From an uncultured Dehalococcoidales bacterium (GTDB lineage: Bacteria; Chloroflexota; Dehalococcoidia; GIF9; AB-539-J10): 46,575 nt of DNA. The position numbers and the translations under genes were made by a program. The number at the start of each line of letters is the position of its first letter. Position 1 is the first letter of the stretch. Location: assembly GCA_964450165.1 (NCBI GenBank), contig CAYVCJ010000001.1, positions 1 to 46,575 on the forward strand. Direction: 5' to 3'. The notes under the pieces were generated by a model. That model ran no database searches. It was not told where the DNA came from and worked only from the letters and a program-made list of their open reading frames with translations. Of this stretch, positions 1 through 9,566 are shown one piece after another.

Positions 1-101
1 CGGAAGCTGAGACAGCAAAGGAAGCACTGGACGGTTCCGATTTTCAAGGACGCACTTTGAAAGTTGACGAAGCGAAGCCACCAAGAAGGGATCGAAGATA
101 G
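1..101 (+). CDS. RRM/RNP-type RNA-binding protein, C-terminal fragment (5' end off-window)
   Basis: Frame 3 reads ...EAETAKEALDGSDFQGRTLKVDEAKPPRRDRR, with TAG at 99-101. The G-R-x-L-x-V-x-EA-x-P ending plus Arg-rich tail is typical of small bacterial RRM proteins. Confidence 0.55.
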   Translation, partial: EAETAKEALDGSDFQGRTLKVDEAKPPRRDRR

Positions 102-436
102 TAGATAATTTTCAAAGACAATCTAGATTTGGAGTGGTTATGCAGAGTATATGAAGATAGTTGCTGGGGCGAATGTTTTTAAAGGGTTGAAGAATCTAGC
201 AAACAGATGCCGCATAGGAATCTACTGGACAAGTATCTTCTGACAAAGTCAACCGTACGAATGTTAGTCGAGCGGCCAACATCAGAGTAGCCAACAAGCT
301 CAAACCTTAGAAGTTTTCTTATTTAGCGCGATGGTGTATGTCTAGCTGTATTTAAAGCGGGCTACCGACCGTGCCTATTTAGCTTAGCGTTTTTGTTGAT
401 CTGGTTTCTTGCTATCAAACATTATGGCTCGACCAT

Positions 437-1903
437 TCAAGAACCGTGAGGGGACAAATTTCTCCGATACTCAGCATACTCAGCTAATCTGGAAAGGACG
501 GCAGCAGCATGGTCGGGCAACGGATAAAGTGGGATTCCTTTCTGCACCGCAAGCTTGCTTACCTGAGCATCTATGTATCCGCTACCAAACTCTGAAGCGA
601 TAATAATTGGCTTACCATACTTAGCCACTAAAACTGCTAACTGTTCAAGCACCTCAGCCATGGTATCCGCGAATGCCTTGAGCTGTTCACGCAAGACTGA
701 GCTCTCACTGGATACCAATACTATGCTTCTTGGTAACATTGGTGATAAATTCAGCAACATCAGACCATCGATGGTGGCACAACGGAGCATAACCTCAATA
801 GATTTCATCACATCCTCCCCGAAAACCCCCGCCACCAAATCTACCGGGTTGCCTCGGCTCCACCAGGCAGGCAAGAGGCCATCCAATTCCTTTATAGTTT
901 CCTCAGGAAGCTGAGCCATACTAAGGCCAGCGTTGACACAGGCATCAGCACCAAGGACTCCCCAACCTCCACCAGCAGTCATTATTCCTACCCTTTTCCC
1001 CTGAGGCAGCGGTTGATGCAACAGGGCAGCGCCAACGTTGAATATCTCATCCATGTCCCGAACCCTTATGATCCCTGCTTGCTTGCAAACAGAGTTGAAA
1101 ATAGCATCAGAGCCTGCTAATGAAGCAGTATGTGATTTGGCTGCTTTAGCTCCCGCACTTGTATATCCTGCTTTAAGTGTCACGATGGGCTTTTTTTGAG
1201 TGACCTTCTTAGCTGTTTCAAAGAACTTTCTACCGTCTCTTAATCCTTCGATGTAGCTCAATATGACTTTAGTCTCAGTATCCTCAGCCAAATACTCAAG
1301 ATAATCTTCTAAATGCAAATCTGCTTCATTGCCATAGCTGATAAGTTTACTGATACCAAAACCCTTATTGCTTAATCTTTGGACGATGGAAAACCCGATA
1401 TTACCGCTTTGTGAGACTACAGCAAAGGGCCCCGGCTCAGGGAATAAAGGTGGCATGAGGGCAGACAAGCTACAAGCTGTGCTGATAATGCCAAAGCAAT
1501 TGGGTCCCACTAAAATCATCCCGCTCTTGTGAGCTATACGGACGACTTCCCTCTGCAATTTCGCTCCTTCAGTTCCTACCTCAGCAAAGCCAGCAGTAAT
1601 GATGACCGCAGCCTTGATTCCCTTCTCAGCGCATTCTTGCAAAACTTGTGGCACGCTGGAGGGAGGAATCACAAATATTGCAAGATCGGGAGTCTCAGGC
1701 AGAGCCTTGACACTGGAATATGCCTTGAAGCCCAGGATTTCTTTCTCTCTCGGATTTATCGGATACACCTTGCCTGTGAAGTGCCCGGTGATAATGTGAG
1801 ACAAGATAACAGACCCCCATTTATATGGATTTGCTGATGCTCCAATCAAAGTAAGGGACTTAGGATTGAAAAGGGGGTCAAATTTTTGAAGTATTTCAGA
1901 CAT
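437..1903 (-). CDS. acdA: ADP-forming acetyl-CoA synthetase (acetate--CoA ligase), alpha subunit: CoA-binding plus succinyl-CoA-synthetase-like domains
   Basis: 488-aa ORF. N-terminal NPKSLTLIGAS...GKVYPINP CoA-binding fold, ITAGFAE, LVGPNCFGI, and KSHTASLAGS (phosphohistidine loop). Confidence 0.8.
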   Translation of the reverse strand: MSEILQKFDPLFNPKSLTLIGASANPYKWGSVILSHIITGHFTGKVYPINPREKEILGFKAYSSVKALPETPDLAIFVIPPSSVPQVLQECAEKGIKAAVIITAGFAEVGTEGAKLQREVVRIAHKSGMILVGPNCFGIISTACSLSALMPPLFPEPGPFAVVSQSGNIGFSIVQRLSNKGFGISKLISYGNEADLHLEDYLEYLAEDTETKVILSYIEGLRDGRKFFETAKKVTQKKPIVTLKAGYTSAGAKAAKSHTASLAGSDAIFNSVCKQAGIIRVRDMDEIFNVGAALLHQPLPQGKRVGIMTAGGGWGVLGADACVNAGLSMAQLPEETIKELDGLLPAWWSRGNPVDLVAGVFGEDVMKSIEVMLRCATIDGLMLLNLSPMLPRSIVLVSSESSVLREQLKAFADTMAEVLEQLAVLVAKYGKPIIIASEFGSGYIDAQVSKLAVQKGIPLYPLPDHAAAVLSRLAEYAEYRRNLSPHGS

Positions 1904-2025
1904 GACCTCTCTATTACCAACTATCAGTGGCTACTATTTATCCAAACTTTTTGAGATTCTAGCATAGCCAACCGCTCATATTATTCCATTTGGGAAGTAC
2001 AGTCAATCGCAGCTTAGAAAACACC

Positions 2026-2054
2026 GTTGTTTTGCTCAACTAGCTTTGCTATGA
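2026..2054 (+). promoter_or_regulatory. Candidate sigma70-type promoter for the deacetylase gene
   Basis: TTGTTT (2026-2031), 17-nt spacer, TATGAT (2049-2054). A strong SD AAGAGGTGA lies 7 nt before ATG 2076. Confidence 0.3.
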
Positions 2055-2075
2055 TGCGATAAGAGGTGATTAATT

Positions 2076-3119
2076 ATGAAGGCAGGATTAGTATATGACC
2101 CAATTTACCTGGAGCATGATACTGGTGACCATGTGGAGAATTCGCAGCGGTTGGTATCCATAATGTCGCATTTGGAGGAGACCGGGATGAAAGAAAAGCT
2201 TATCTCGTTTTCTCCCCGTCTTGCCTCAATAGAGGAGGTAGAGATGGTGCATGCTCCGGAATATGTTTCCCACATCAAAAGCAAAGCTGAAAGCGGAGGC
2301 GGATGGCTTGACCCTGATACTGTAATGTGCCCAAGATCCTATGAGGTAGCGTTATATGCCGCTGGTGGAATGTTAACCGCTGTGGAAAAGGTGATGACAG
2401 GAGAAGTGGACTCTGCTTTCGCTCTCGTCAGGCCTCCGGGACACCATGCCACCTCCAATAGAGCAATGGGATTCTGCATTTTCAATAACATAGCTATTGG
2501 GGCTAAATTTGCCATAGCTAACTTCAATATTGAGCGCATTCTAATTGTTGATTTTGATGTTCACCATGGCAATGCAACTCAGGAGGCTTTTTACAATGAC
2601 TCCAAGGTCCTCTATTTCTCCACCCATCAATATCCCTTCTACCCCGGGACTGGCTGGCTGGATGAAACCGGAACCGGTCAAGGAAAAGGATATACCGTTA
2701 ATTTTCCCATGTCTGCTGGCTGGGGAGATGACGAATACCTCAGGGCTTTCAACGAAGTTTTGGTTCCCGCAGCTAGAAAATTCCAACCACAGCTTATCCT
2801 TGTTTCTGTTGGCTTTGACCCTCACTGGGCTGACAGTATAGCTATGATGCAGGTGAGCGTTTCTGGTTTTGCTCAGATTGTTAAGATGCTAAGGCAGCTA
2901 GCTGTCGAGTTATGTCAAGGACATCTTGCCCTTACTTTGGAGGGGGGCTACAACCTTGAAGTAGCTGCTTCAGGAACAAGAGCTATTTTCGATGTCCTTC
3001 TGGGCAATGCGGAGGTAGTTGACCCGTTAGGCAAAGCACCGGTCATAAGAAAAGCCGTTGGTTTTGAAGAACACCTTAAAAGAATAAAGGAAATACACCA
3101 TACAGAAAATCAGGATTAA
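2076..3119 (+). CDS. Histone deacetylase family protein (AcuC / acetylpolyamine amidohydrolase-like)
   Basis: 347 aa. Motifs RPPGHHA, DFDVHHGNATQ, FYPGTG and EGGY are HDAC class I/II zinc-site signatures. Confidence 0.85.
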   Translation: MKAGLVYDPIYLEHDTGDHVENSQRLVSIMSHLEETGMKEKLISFSPRLASIEEVEMVHAPEYVSHIKSKAESGGGWLDPDTVMCPRSYEVALYAAGGMLTAVEKVMTGEVDSAFALVRPPGHHATSNRAMGFCIFNNIAIGAKFAIANFNIERILIVDFDVHHGNATQEAFYNDSKVLYFSTHQYPFYPGTGWLDETGTGQGKGYTVNFPMSAGWGDDEYLRAFNEVLVPAARKFQPQLILVSVGFDPHWADSIAMMQVSVSGFAQIVKMLRQLAVELCQGHLALTLEGGYNLEVAASGTRAIFDVLLGNAEVVDPLGKAPVIRKAVGFEEHLKRIKEIHHTENQD

Positions 3120-3120
3120 C

Positions 3121-3152
3121 AGGATAGTCAGGTATATGATGTAAACTATCCT
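3121..3152. terminator. Possible bidirectional hairpin between convergent deacetylase and hemW genes
   Basis: AGGATAGT (3121-3128) pairs with ACTATCCT (3145-3152) around a 16-nt loop, followed by TTGTT. The stem is short and AT-rich and overlaps the hemW stop codon. Confidence 0.25.
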
Positions 3153-4339
3153 TTGTTCTCCGGCAGAAAGTGTAAGAAAACCTCGTTCCCCAAAAGTTTG
3201 CCTTTAGTGGTTAGCCTGATTCCATGTTCATTTTTAGCTATCAAACCCAGTTCAACCAGCTCGTTAATTTGTTGCTCCTGATAAATAGAATAAAGCTCCA
3301 CGCCGAAGCGATGGGCAAAGTCAGCAAGATTTACCCCATCGTCTAATCTCAAACCTAAAATCACTGCCTCAGCAATTTCTAAATCCCCATCAATGTGCTC
3401 AATGTTATCCACCAAGGGATTATTAAAATATGCTTCTTGAGACGCCTTTGTTTCCGTATTACTGAGGCGTTTTACATATTCTATTGGCGCTAAAACATTA
3501 GCCCAGCGATAACCACCCAAATAAGAATGAGCACCAGCACCAAAACCCAGATAAGGTTCATTTTTCCAATAGGTTAAGTTGTGTTGACATTCCTTCTCGG
3601 GCAATGCCCAATTGGATATCTCATAGTGATTATAGCCCTCTTTAGCCAGCTTATCTGAAGCCAACAAATACATGTCAGCCGCCAGGTCAGCGTTGGGTTT
3701 TGGCAGTGAACCTGATGCTACCGCATTGGCCAATGGTGTCCCAGGCTCTAAGGTGAGTGGATAAAGTGAAAGATGCTCGGGATTCAGCTTTGTCACCTCA
3801 ACAAGATTGTTCTGCCAATCTTTTATTGTCTGCCATGGCAAAGCGTATAGCAAATCGGTATTAATGTTCTCAAATCCTGTCTCCCTGGCTGTTAAATAAG
3901 CCTTTCGGGCTTCAACTGCCGAGTGAATCCTTCCCAACAGCTTAAGTTCACTATCGCTGAAGCTTTGCACTCCTAAGCTCAATCGGTTAACACCACTTTG
4001 CCGCAATCGGGTAAGAAAGGATTGGTCAATGGTTCCAGGATTTGCCTCTAAAGTCACCTCTAAATTTGATGGCATGTTGAAAAGCTTACTGCAGCTTTCG
4101 AGCATGTAGGCTATTGATTTCGCTGGAAGCAAGCTAGGTGTGCCTCCACCAAAGTAAATTGTTTTTACCTCAAACTCCCAAACATCTTTAGCATAAAGCT
4201 GCATTTCCTTCTTCAAAGCATCTATATACTGAGGAATGAGCCAGCTCAGCCTGGTATAGGAATTAAAATCACAGTAATAACACTTGGATAAGCAAAAAGG
4301 GATGTGAAAGTAGAGGCTCAGTTTCTGCGATTTGCCCAT
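3146..4339 (-). CDS. hemW: Radical SAM HemN-family protein (heme chaperone HemW-like)
   Basis: N-terminal YFHIPFCLSKCYYCDF (CxxxCxxC) and a GGGTPS motif. ATG at 4339 overlaps the secF stop (TGATG); the ORF track starts one codon earlier at TTG 4342. Confidence 0.85.
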   Translation of the reverse strand: MGKSQKLSLYFHIPFCLSKCYYCDFNSYTRLSWLIPQYIDALKKEMQLYAKDVWEFEVKTIYFGGGTPSLLPAKSIAYMLESCSKLFNMPSNLEVTLEANPGTIDQSFLTRLRQSGVNRLSLGVQSFSDSELKLLGRIHSAVEARKAYLTARETGFENINTDLLYALPWQTIKDWQNNLVEVTKLNPEHLSLYPLTLEPGTPLANAVASGSLPKPNADLAADMYLLASDKLAKEGYNHYEISNWALPEKECQHNLTYWKNEPYLGFGAGAHSYLGGYRWANVLAPIEYVKRLSNTETKASQEAYFNNPLVDNIEHIDGDLEIAEAVILGLRLDDGVNLADFAHRFGVELYSIYQEQQINELVELGLIAKNEHGIRLTTKGKLLGNEVFLHFLPENKG

Positions 4340-5256
4340 CAAGCAGCTTTTTTAGTGGCAGGACGCCACGGAAACAGTTGCCCCCACTCCTTCTTTTCCC
4401 AGACAACCAGGAGCGGACCAGCGATGCATAATGAGCTATAAGTGCCAGCGAGTAACCCAAATAATAATGCCAGTACAAAGTAGTGAATTGTGGCTCCGCC
4501 GAAGAGCAACAGCGCTAGGACAACGCAAAGCGTGGTTAAGAAAGTATTCAAAGAGCGTGCCAGAGTCTCCGTAAGGCTAGAATTCACCGTCACAGCAAAA
4601 TCAGGGCTGATGCCTCTAGTTTTATTTTCTCTAATGCGGTCAAATACAACTACAGTATTGTTGATACTGTAGCCTACAATGGTAAGCACCGCAGTGATAA
4701 ACATGGCGTTAACTTCCACATTAGCCACTTGACCAAGAATAGCGAAGATGCCCAGGATAATAAGTACATCATGAATCAAGGCAATAATGGCGCAGGTACC
4801 CCACTTGAATGGGCTAGGCATACGGCGAAATGCCCAGACAATATAAAACAGCATAGCTACAGCAGCTATTGCTACGGCGATGCCGGCGTTATGTGCTGTT
4901 CGAGTAGCTATCACAGGGGAAATTGCATTATAGTCAAGGACTAAAATCTCCGTATCCAAGTCAGTTTCTAATCCACTAATTAGAGCTTCCTTCTCTCCAG
5001 GTGATATTTCTTTGATGCGGATGAAAAAATTATTCTCACTCCTCTGAACAATGGCCTCGGGATATCCCAGAGCAGTCAATTCTTGACGTAGCTGATTCTG
5101 CTCTACCTGTGGAGCAAAACTGAGGGTCATGGATGTGCCACCGCTGAAGTCAATCCCCGGTTGCAGCTTAAAAGCCGCCAGTGAGATTATCATTACAATA
5201 ATCACTATGGCTGAGCCGAGGAAAAACCATTGTTTTTTCCCTATAAAGTCAATCAT
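4339..5256 (-). CDS. secF: Protein translocase subunit SecF
   Basis: 305 aa, polytopic. GIDFSGGT near the N-terminus; SecD/SecF-type C-terminal six-TM block. Confidence 0.9.
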   Translation of the reverse strand: MIDFIGKKQWFFLGSAIVIIVMIISLAAFKLQPGIDFSGGTSMTLSFAPQVEQNQLRQELTALGYPEAIVQRSENNFFIRIKEISPGEKEALISGLETDLDTEILVLDYNAISPVIATRTAHNAGIAVAIAAVAMLFYIVWAFRRMPSPFKWGTCAIIALIHDVLIILGIFAILGQVANVEVNAMFITAVLTIVGYSINNTVVVFDRIRENKTRGISPDFAVTVNSSLTETLARSLNTFLTTLCVVLALLLFGGATIHYFVLALLFGLLAGTYSSLCIAGPLLVVWEKKEWGQLFPWRPATKKAA

Positions 5257-6584
5257 ACTCTAACCCCGTAAGCCGCTAGATTAGTGACCAGGCGACCGCC
5301 AACAATAAGGCGAAGGAAAGTTCGAGTAACGACGATGGCGGTAAACATACTTAATGCCACACCAACAAACAAAGTCAAAGCAAAGCCCCTAACCATGAAA
5401 GCCCCAAAGGTACCACCAAGCCAGAAAAGGATGATGCAAGCAATGAACGTAGTGATGTTGCTATCGCGAATAGCTGGCCAGGCGCGATTAAATCCAGCCT
5501 CTACAGCGGCACCCAACGTGCGTCTCGACCGCAATTCTTCCTTCATTCGCTCAAAAATAAGAACATTGGCATCAACAGCCATGCCTAAAGACAAGATGAG
5601 AGCGGCGATGCCAGGTAACGTCAAGGTTATCGGGAAAACGCTAAAAATAGCTAAAAGAACAACACCGTAGATTCCCAGGCTGAAGCAAGCGACTAACCCA
5701 AGTAAGCGATAATAGGCAAGCATAAATAGCAATAACAGTACCAACCCAATTCCAGCAGCAATCATGCTTTTCCTTATGGAATCGGCTCCTAAAGAAGCAT
5801 CTACATCCCGCTGGTCAATAAGCGTCAAGGGAACATCTAAGGCACCAGAGTTAAGTTTGTTTGCCAGGTCAGCAGCTTCTTCCAGGGTAAAACGACCTTC
5901 AATTCGTCCCCGGTCGCTGATTACTGATTGAACCACTGGCGCTGATATCATTTTGTTGTCCACAAAAATAGCTAATTGCTTATCCAGGTTGCGCCTTGTT
6001 ATCTGCTCGAAGAGATATGCACCTTCACTATCCCATTCAAAAGCAACTATTGGACCTTCATAAGGGTCTACATCTCGGTAAGCACGATTCAGATACTTGC
6101 CAGTGAGTTCCTTCTCCTGACCATCTTTACCGATAGCCGTAGCAGATTCATTCCCAAAGACCGGCTCTCCCGTGGTTTCATTAATTACCGGGTCACCGTT
6201 TTCATCGAACCTTTGCTCTCTAAACTCAAGCAGCCCCGTCTCCCCGATGAGTTCGATTGCCCTGGTAATATTTTCCACCCCAGGGAGCTGAATTACTATT
6301 TGGTTGGTCCCTAATTTCTGAATTGTAGGCTCGGTAACACCAAATTCATTAACCCTTCGTTGAATTTTCTCTGTCACTGCCGCCATAGCTTCCGCGTTAC
6401 TCACAGAGGGGTCTTTCTGAGATAAATTGGCTTCATAAAGCAATTGACTGCCACCTTTAAGGTCAAGCCCTAACGTCAACCCACTAGGACCGAGTAACTT
6501 AGTATTTACTGGCAACATTGACCATAACGCAAGGCCAAGAAGCACGATGATGAAAATCAACCAGTAAATATTTCTCTTGCTCAA
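5253..6584 (-). CDS. secD: Protein translocase subunit SecD
   Basis: 443 aa. LGLDLKGG motif, large periplasmic-type domain, C-terminal TM bundle. TTG start overlaps the cca stop (TTGA); ATGA overlap with secF. Confidence 0.9.
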   Translation of the reverse strand: MSKRNIYWLIFIIVLLGLALWSMLPVNTKLLGPSGLTLGLDLKGGSQLLYEANLSQKDPSVSNAEAMAAVTEKIQRRVNEFGVTEPTIQKLGTNQIVIQLPGVENITRAIELIGETGLLEFREQRFDENGDPVINETTGEPVFGNESATAIGKDGQEKELTGKYLNRAYRDVDPYEGPIVAFEWDSEGAYLFEQITRRNLDKQLAIFVDNKMISAPVVQSVISDRGRIEGRFTLEEAADLANKLNSGALDVPLTLIDQRDVDASLGADSIRKSMIAAGIGLVLLLLFMLAYYRLLGLVACFSLGIYGVVLLAIFSVFPITLTLPGIAALILSLGMAVDANVLIFERMKEELRSRRTLGAAVEAGFNRAWPAIRDSNITTFIACIILFWLGGTFGAFMVRGFALTLFVGVALSMFTAIVVTRTFLRLIVGGRLVTNLAAYGVRV

Positions 6585-8122
6585 TTAACCAACCTTTGTT
6601 TTGGGAGATTGCTTCGCTGCGGTCGCAATGACAGCTTTCTTCCCACCAACGCCAGTGCCTCCTCTTTAGTGATTAATTCGCCACTGGCTTGAGCTTCCTG
6701 TACCAAATCCAAAAGCTCACCAATCAATGGCCCTGGTGTTAAACCAAATGTATTGATCAAGTCATGACCATCGACCAGTTTTGCCGGCAGAACCTTAGCC
6801 TGCTGCCTTTCACGCTCAGTTAATATATAGTTTATCAGCCTGCAATGTCTTTTCCATTCCTCCATGTCTAAAAGAGGGCCACGACTAGCGAGATAATCAG
6901 CTAAAGCCAAGATTAAAATATCGATGCCAGCGTCGTCTACATCTCTGAAGTAGCGATAAATTGCTCGCTGCGTAGGCATCTCTTTATCCGCCATTTGCAT
7001 TGGGCGAAGGTGGTGATAAACAAGGCTTTCCACCAAGTTTATTTCCCGGTTGCTAAATCGTAGCCTTTCCAGGATAGCTGCCATCATATCCGCCCCTTCT
7101 TTAGCATGACCATAAAAGTGCGTTCTACCGGCATTATCAACAAATTTTGTCCTTGGCTTGGCAATATCATGGAACAATCCACCCAGTTTAAGCAACGTTC
7201 TATGAGTGCTACCACTGGATACTTCTTGATCCAAATGTTCCTTTATGCGGTCTGACCAAGGAGCATCGGCCAATATCTCTTCACTCCCATATTCCCAATC
7301 ATGCTCCCTGATTAGAAATTCCATTGCTGCCACGGTTTGCAGCGAATGGTCAAATACATCCCAAAAATGTAGTCTGGGTTGTTCCACACCCTTGCTTTCC
7401 GCTAACTCCGGGACTAAAGCCAAAAGCAAGCTAAGTTCATCAAGATAATACAGGTAGTGAGCAGTATTTGACAAATTAACTATCTTAAGCAATTCTTCTC
7501 TGATTCTTTCCCCAGGAACCTTACTGACCAAATGAGAATGGTAACGGATTAAAGCCTCAGTCTTGGGCTCAATAGCGAAATTGAGTTCGTCAGCAAGACG
7601 CACCGCCCGTAACATCCTGACAGCATCAACCTCAAATATTTCTTTGGTGACACCTCGTATGATCCCGTTTTTTAGATCCTTCTCGCCCGCAAATGGATCA
7701 ATGAGCTTCACTCCAAATTCCTTCATAATTCCTTGATTCTGCTTGGGACTTCGGCTCACCACGTTGACGAATTGCTTAAGCTCAGCAGCCATAGCGTTTA
7801 TGGTGAAATCACGACGCGCAAGGTCAGACTCAACATCATCCGAGAAGGAAGACAGATCAACATACCATATTTGTTCACCTTCACTTACCACCACCCTGGC
7901 TATCCCATTGACATCGTCTAGTAGCACAAATTTGCCTTTCAGGGCTCTGGCTACTTCATGGGCTATGTCTATCGCACTACCATTTACAGCAATATCGAGG
8001 TCATTGGTCTCTTTACCTAAAAACCAATCACGAATAAGACCTCCCACCGCGTAGCTTTGATATCCTTGATGGGCCAACAGCGAAGACATCTTGTTCAGGA
8101 TAAGAGTCACTTCAGTCTGCAT
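6581..8122 (-). CDS. cca: CCA-adding tRNA nucleotidyltransferase with C-terminal HD domain
   Basis: GGLIRDWFLGKETNDLDIAV (polymerase-beta head, GG-x-RD...DxD), RRDFTINA, and FHDIAKP (HD). The first ATG is at 8122; the ORF track extends to TTG 8140. Confidence 0.8.
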   Translation of the reverse strand: MQTEVTLILNKMSSLLAHQGYQSYAVGGLIRDWFLGKETNDLDIAVNGSAIDIAHEVARALKGKFVLLDDVNGIARVVVSEGEQIWYVDLSSFSDDVESDLARRDFTINAMAAELKQFVNVVSRSPKQNQGIMKEFGVKLIDPFAGEKDLKNGIIRGVTKEIFEVDAVRMLRAVRLADELNFAIEPKTEALIRYHSHLVSKVPGERIREELLKIVNLSNTAHYLYYLDELSLLLALVPELAESKGVEQPRLHFWDVFDHSLQTVAAMEFLIREHDWEYGSEEILADAPWSDRIKEHLDQEVSSGSTHRTLLKLGGLFHDIAKPRTKFVDNAGRTHFYGHAKEGADMMAAILERLRFSNREINLVESLVYHHLRPMQMADKEMPTQRAIYRYFRDVDDAGIDILILALADYLASRGPLLDMEEWKRHCRLINYILTERERQQAKVLPAKLVDGHDLINTFGLTPGPLIGELLDLVQEAQASGELITKEEALALVGRKLSLRPQRSNLPKQRLVN

Positions 8123-8311
8123 AACAAAATACGGAGGCAATTATAGTTTGAAAAAGTAATACCTGTAAAGGGATAGACACGTAAGAGCTGCCAGAACGCA
8201 TAAAATCTGGAAAATTGAATACAATAGTCTATTTTTTATGACATAACTATGTTAAAATCACCGAGTTTCATTATTATATTAACTTTTTTATCATCAACAG
8301 TTATGAGGAAG

Positions 8312-9562
8312 ATGAAGATTTGCCTCCTTACTTACAGGGGGAATCCTTACAGTGGTGGTCAAGGCATCTATATCTATTATCTAGCTCGTGAATTACAGCG
8401 CATGGGACATCAAGTGGACGTAATCAGTAGTCAGCCATTTCCCGAATTAAGCGAAGGGATTGCCTTGCACCGCCTCAAAACTTCAAGCATATATTATCGA
8501 GATACCTCGTTTAAGGAAAACTTTCTCAAATGTCGAAGCCTGACCGATTTTGGTGAATTATTCACCACCAAATATGGCATATTTAGTGACCCACTGGCAT
8601 TCAGTGTAAGAGCCTACGCCAAGGTCAAAGAGCTTTGTAAATCACGGAAATTCGATATCATACATGACAATCAAGGGCTTGGTTATGCGCTTCTCTTAAT
8701 GAAAAATTTGGGGATACCAGTCATTGCTACTATCCACCACCCGCTTACTATAGATAAACGGGCTGATTTAGAACAAGCTGATAGCTTGCGAAGTAAGTGG
8801 GGAGTCCACATGTTCTATCTTCTCACCCACATGCAGGCTTTTGTTGCCCGACGCCTGGACAGAGTAATTACAGTATCCCAGAGTTCGGCTAAGGAAATTG
8901 AGAGGTCATTTAAGGTAAATCCGGATAAATTGAGAGTGGTCTATAACGGTACAGATACCGACATCTTTAAGCCAATTGAGGGAGAAACTGACAATAGAAA
9001 TGGCTTAATTATGGTTGGGAATACCGATGATAGGAAGAAAGGGGTTATTTACCTCTTGAAAGCGCTGCAGTTATTAGCGGATGATGGAATAAGGTTAAAT
9101 ATTGTAGATGACCCGTGGCAACGTGTGCCATATGGGGACTCGGTAGAGCCACCACCACCTTCCTATTCTTTGCGTATGTTGGAAAAATTCGGAGTGGATG
9201 GGTTAGTTAGCTTCACCGGGCGACTGACCAAAGAAGAGTTAGTCAGACAATATTCAAGGGCAGAAATAGCCGTGGTACCTTCTCTTTACGAAGGTTTTGG
9301 GTTCCCTGCGTCCGAAGCGATGGCTTGCGGCGTTCCGGTAATAGCCAGTTCCGGTGGAGCTCTCCCTGAAGTAGTGGGGAACGCTGGCATACTTGTCCCA
9401 CCAGGAGAACCTGGACCTTTGGCTGAAGCAATCAAGCGTCTGCTCAAAGATAAACAATTACAACAGGAGCTGGGAGAGGCAGGAAGGAGGAGGGTACAGC
9501 AAGAATTTAGCTGGGAGCAGGCAGCCAACAAAACTGTGAAGGTATACCAGGAGTTATTGTAG
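8312..9562 (+). CDS. GT4-family (GT-B) glycosyltransferase
   Basis: MKICLLTY...GGQGIY N-terminus and C-terminal EGFGFPASEAMACGVPVIAS (E-x7-E). The ORF is open from ATG 8249, with alternative starts at 8303 and 8312. Confidence 0.8.
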   Translation: MKICLLTYRGNPYSGGQGIYIYYLARELQRMGHQVDVISSQPFPELSEGIALHRLKTSSIYYRDTSFKENFLKCRSLTDFGELFTTKYGIFSDPLAFSVRAYAKVKELCKSRKFDIIHDNQGLGYALLLMKNLGIPVIATIHHPLTIDKRADLEQADSLRSKWGVHMFYLLTHMQAFVARRLDRVITVSQSSAKEIERSFKVNPDKLRVVYNGTDTDIFKPIEGETDNRNGLIMVGNTDDRKKGVIYLLKALQLLADDGIRLNIVDDPWQRVPYGDSVEPPPPSYSLRMLEKFGVDGLVSFTGRLTKEELVRQYSRAEIAVVPSLYEGFGFPASEAMACGVPVIASSGGALPEVVGNAGILVPPGEPGPLAEAIKRLLKDKQLQQELGEAGRRRVQQEFSWEQAANKTVKVYQELL

Positions 9563-9566
9563 CGCA

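Noticed and set aside
102-436. A 335-nt ORF-poor spacer after the RRM gene, considered as a possible sRNA or riboswitch.
   Set aside because: I could not find a convincing promoter, terminator hairpin, conserved riboswitch core or credible small ORF by eye (the best was a 29-codon frame without an SD). It needs an Rfam/RNA-seq check before any claim.
8249-8311. A hydrophobic N-terminal extension of the glycosyltransferase (MLKSPSFIIILTFLSSTV...).
   Set aside because: GT4 enzymes normally begin at the MKI-x-LL beta-strand, which is at 8312 here. The extension could be a membrane anchor but has no support, so the start is left ambiguous rather than called a feature.
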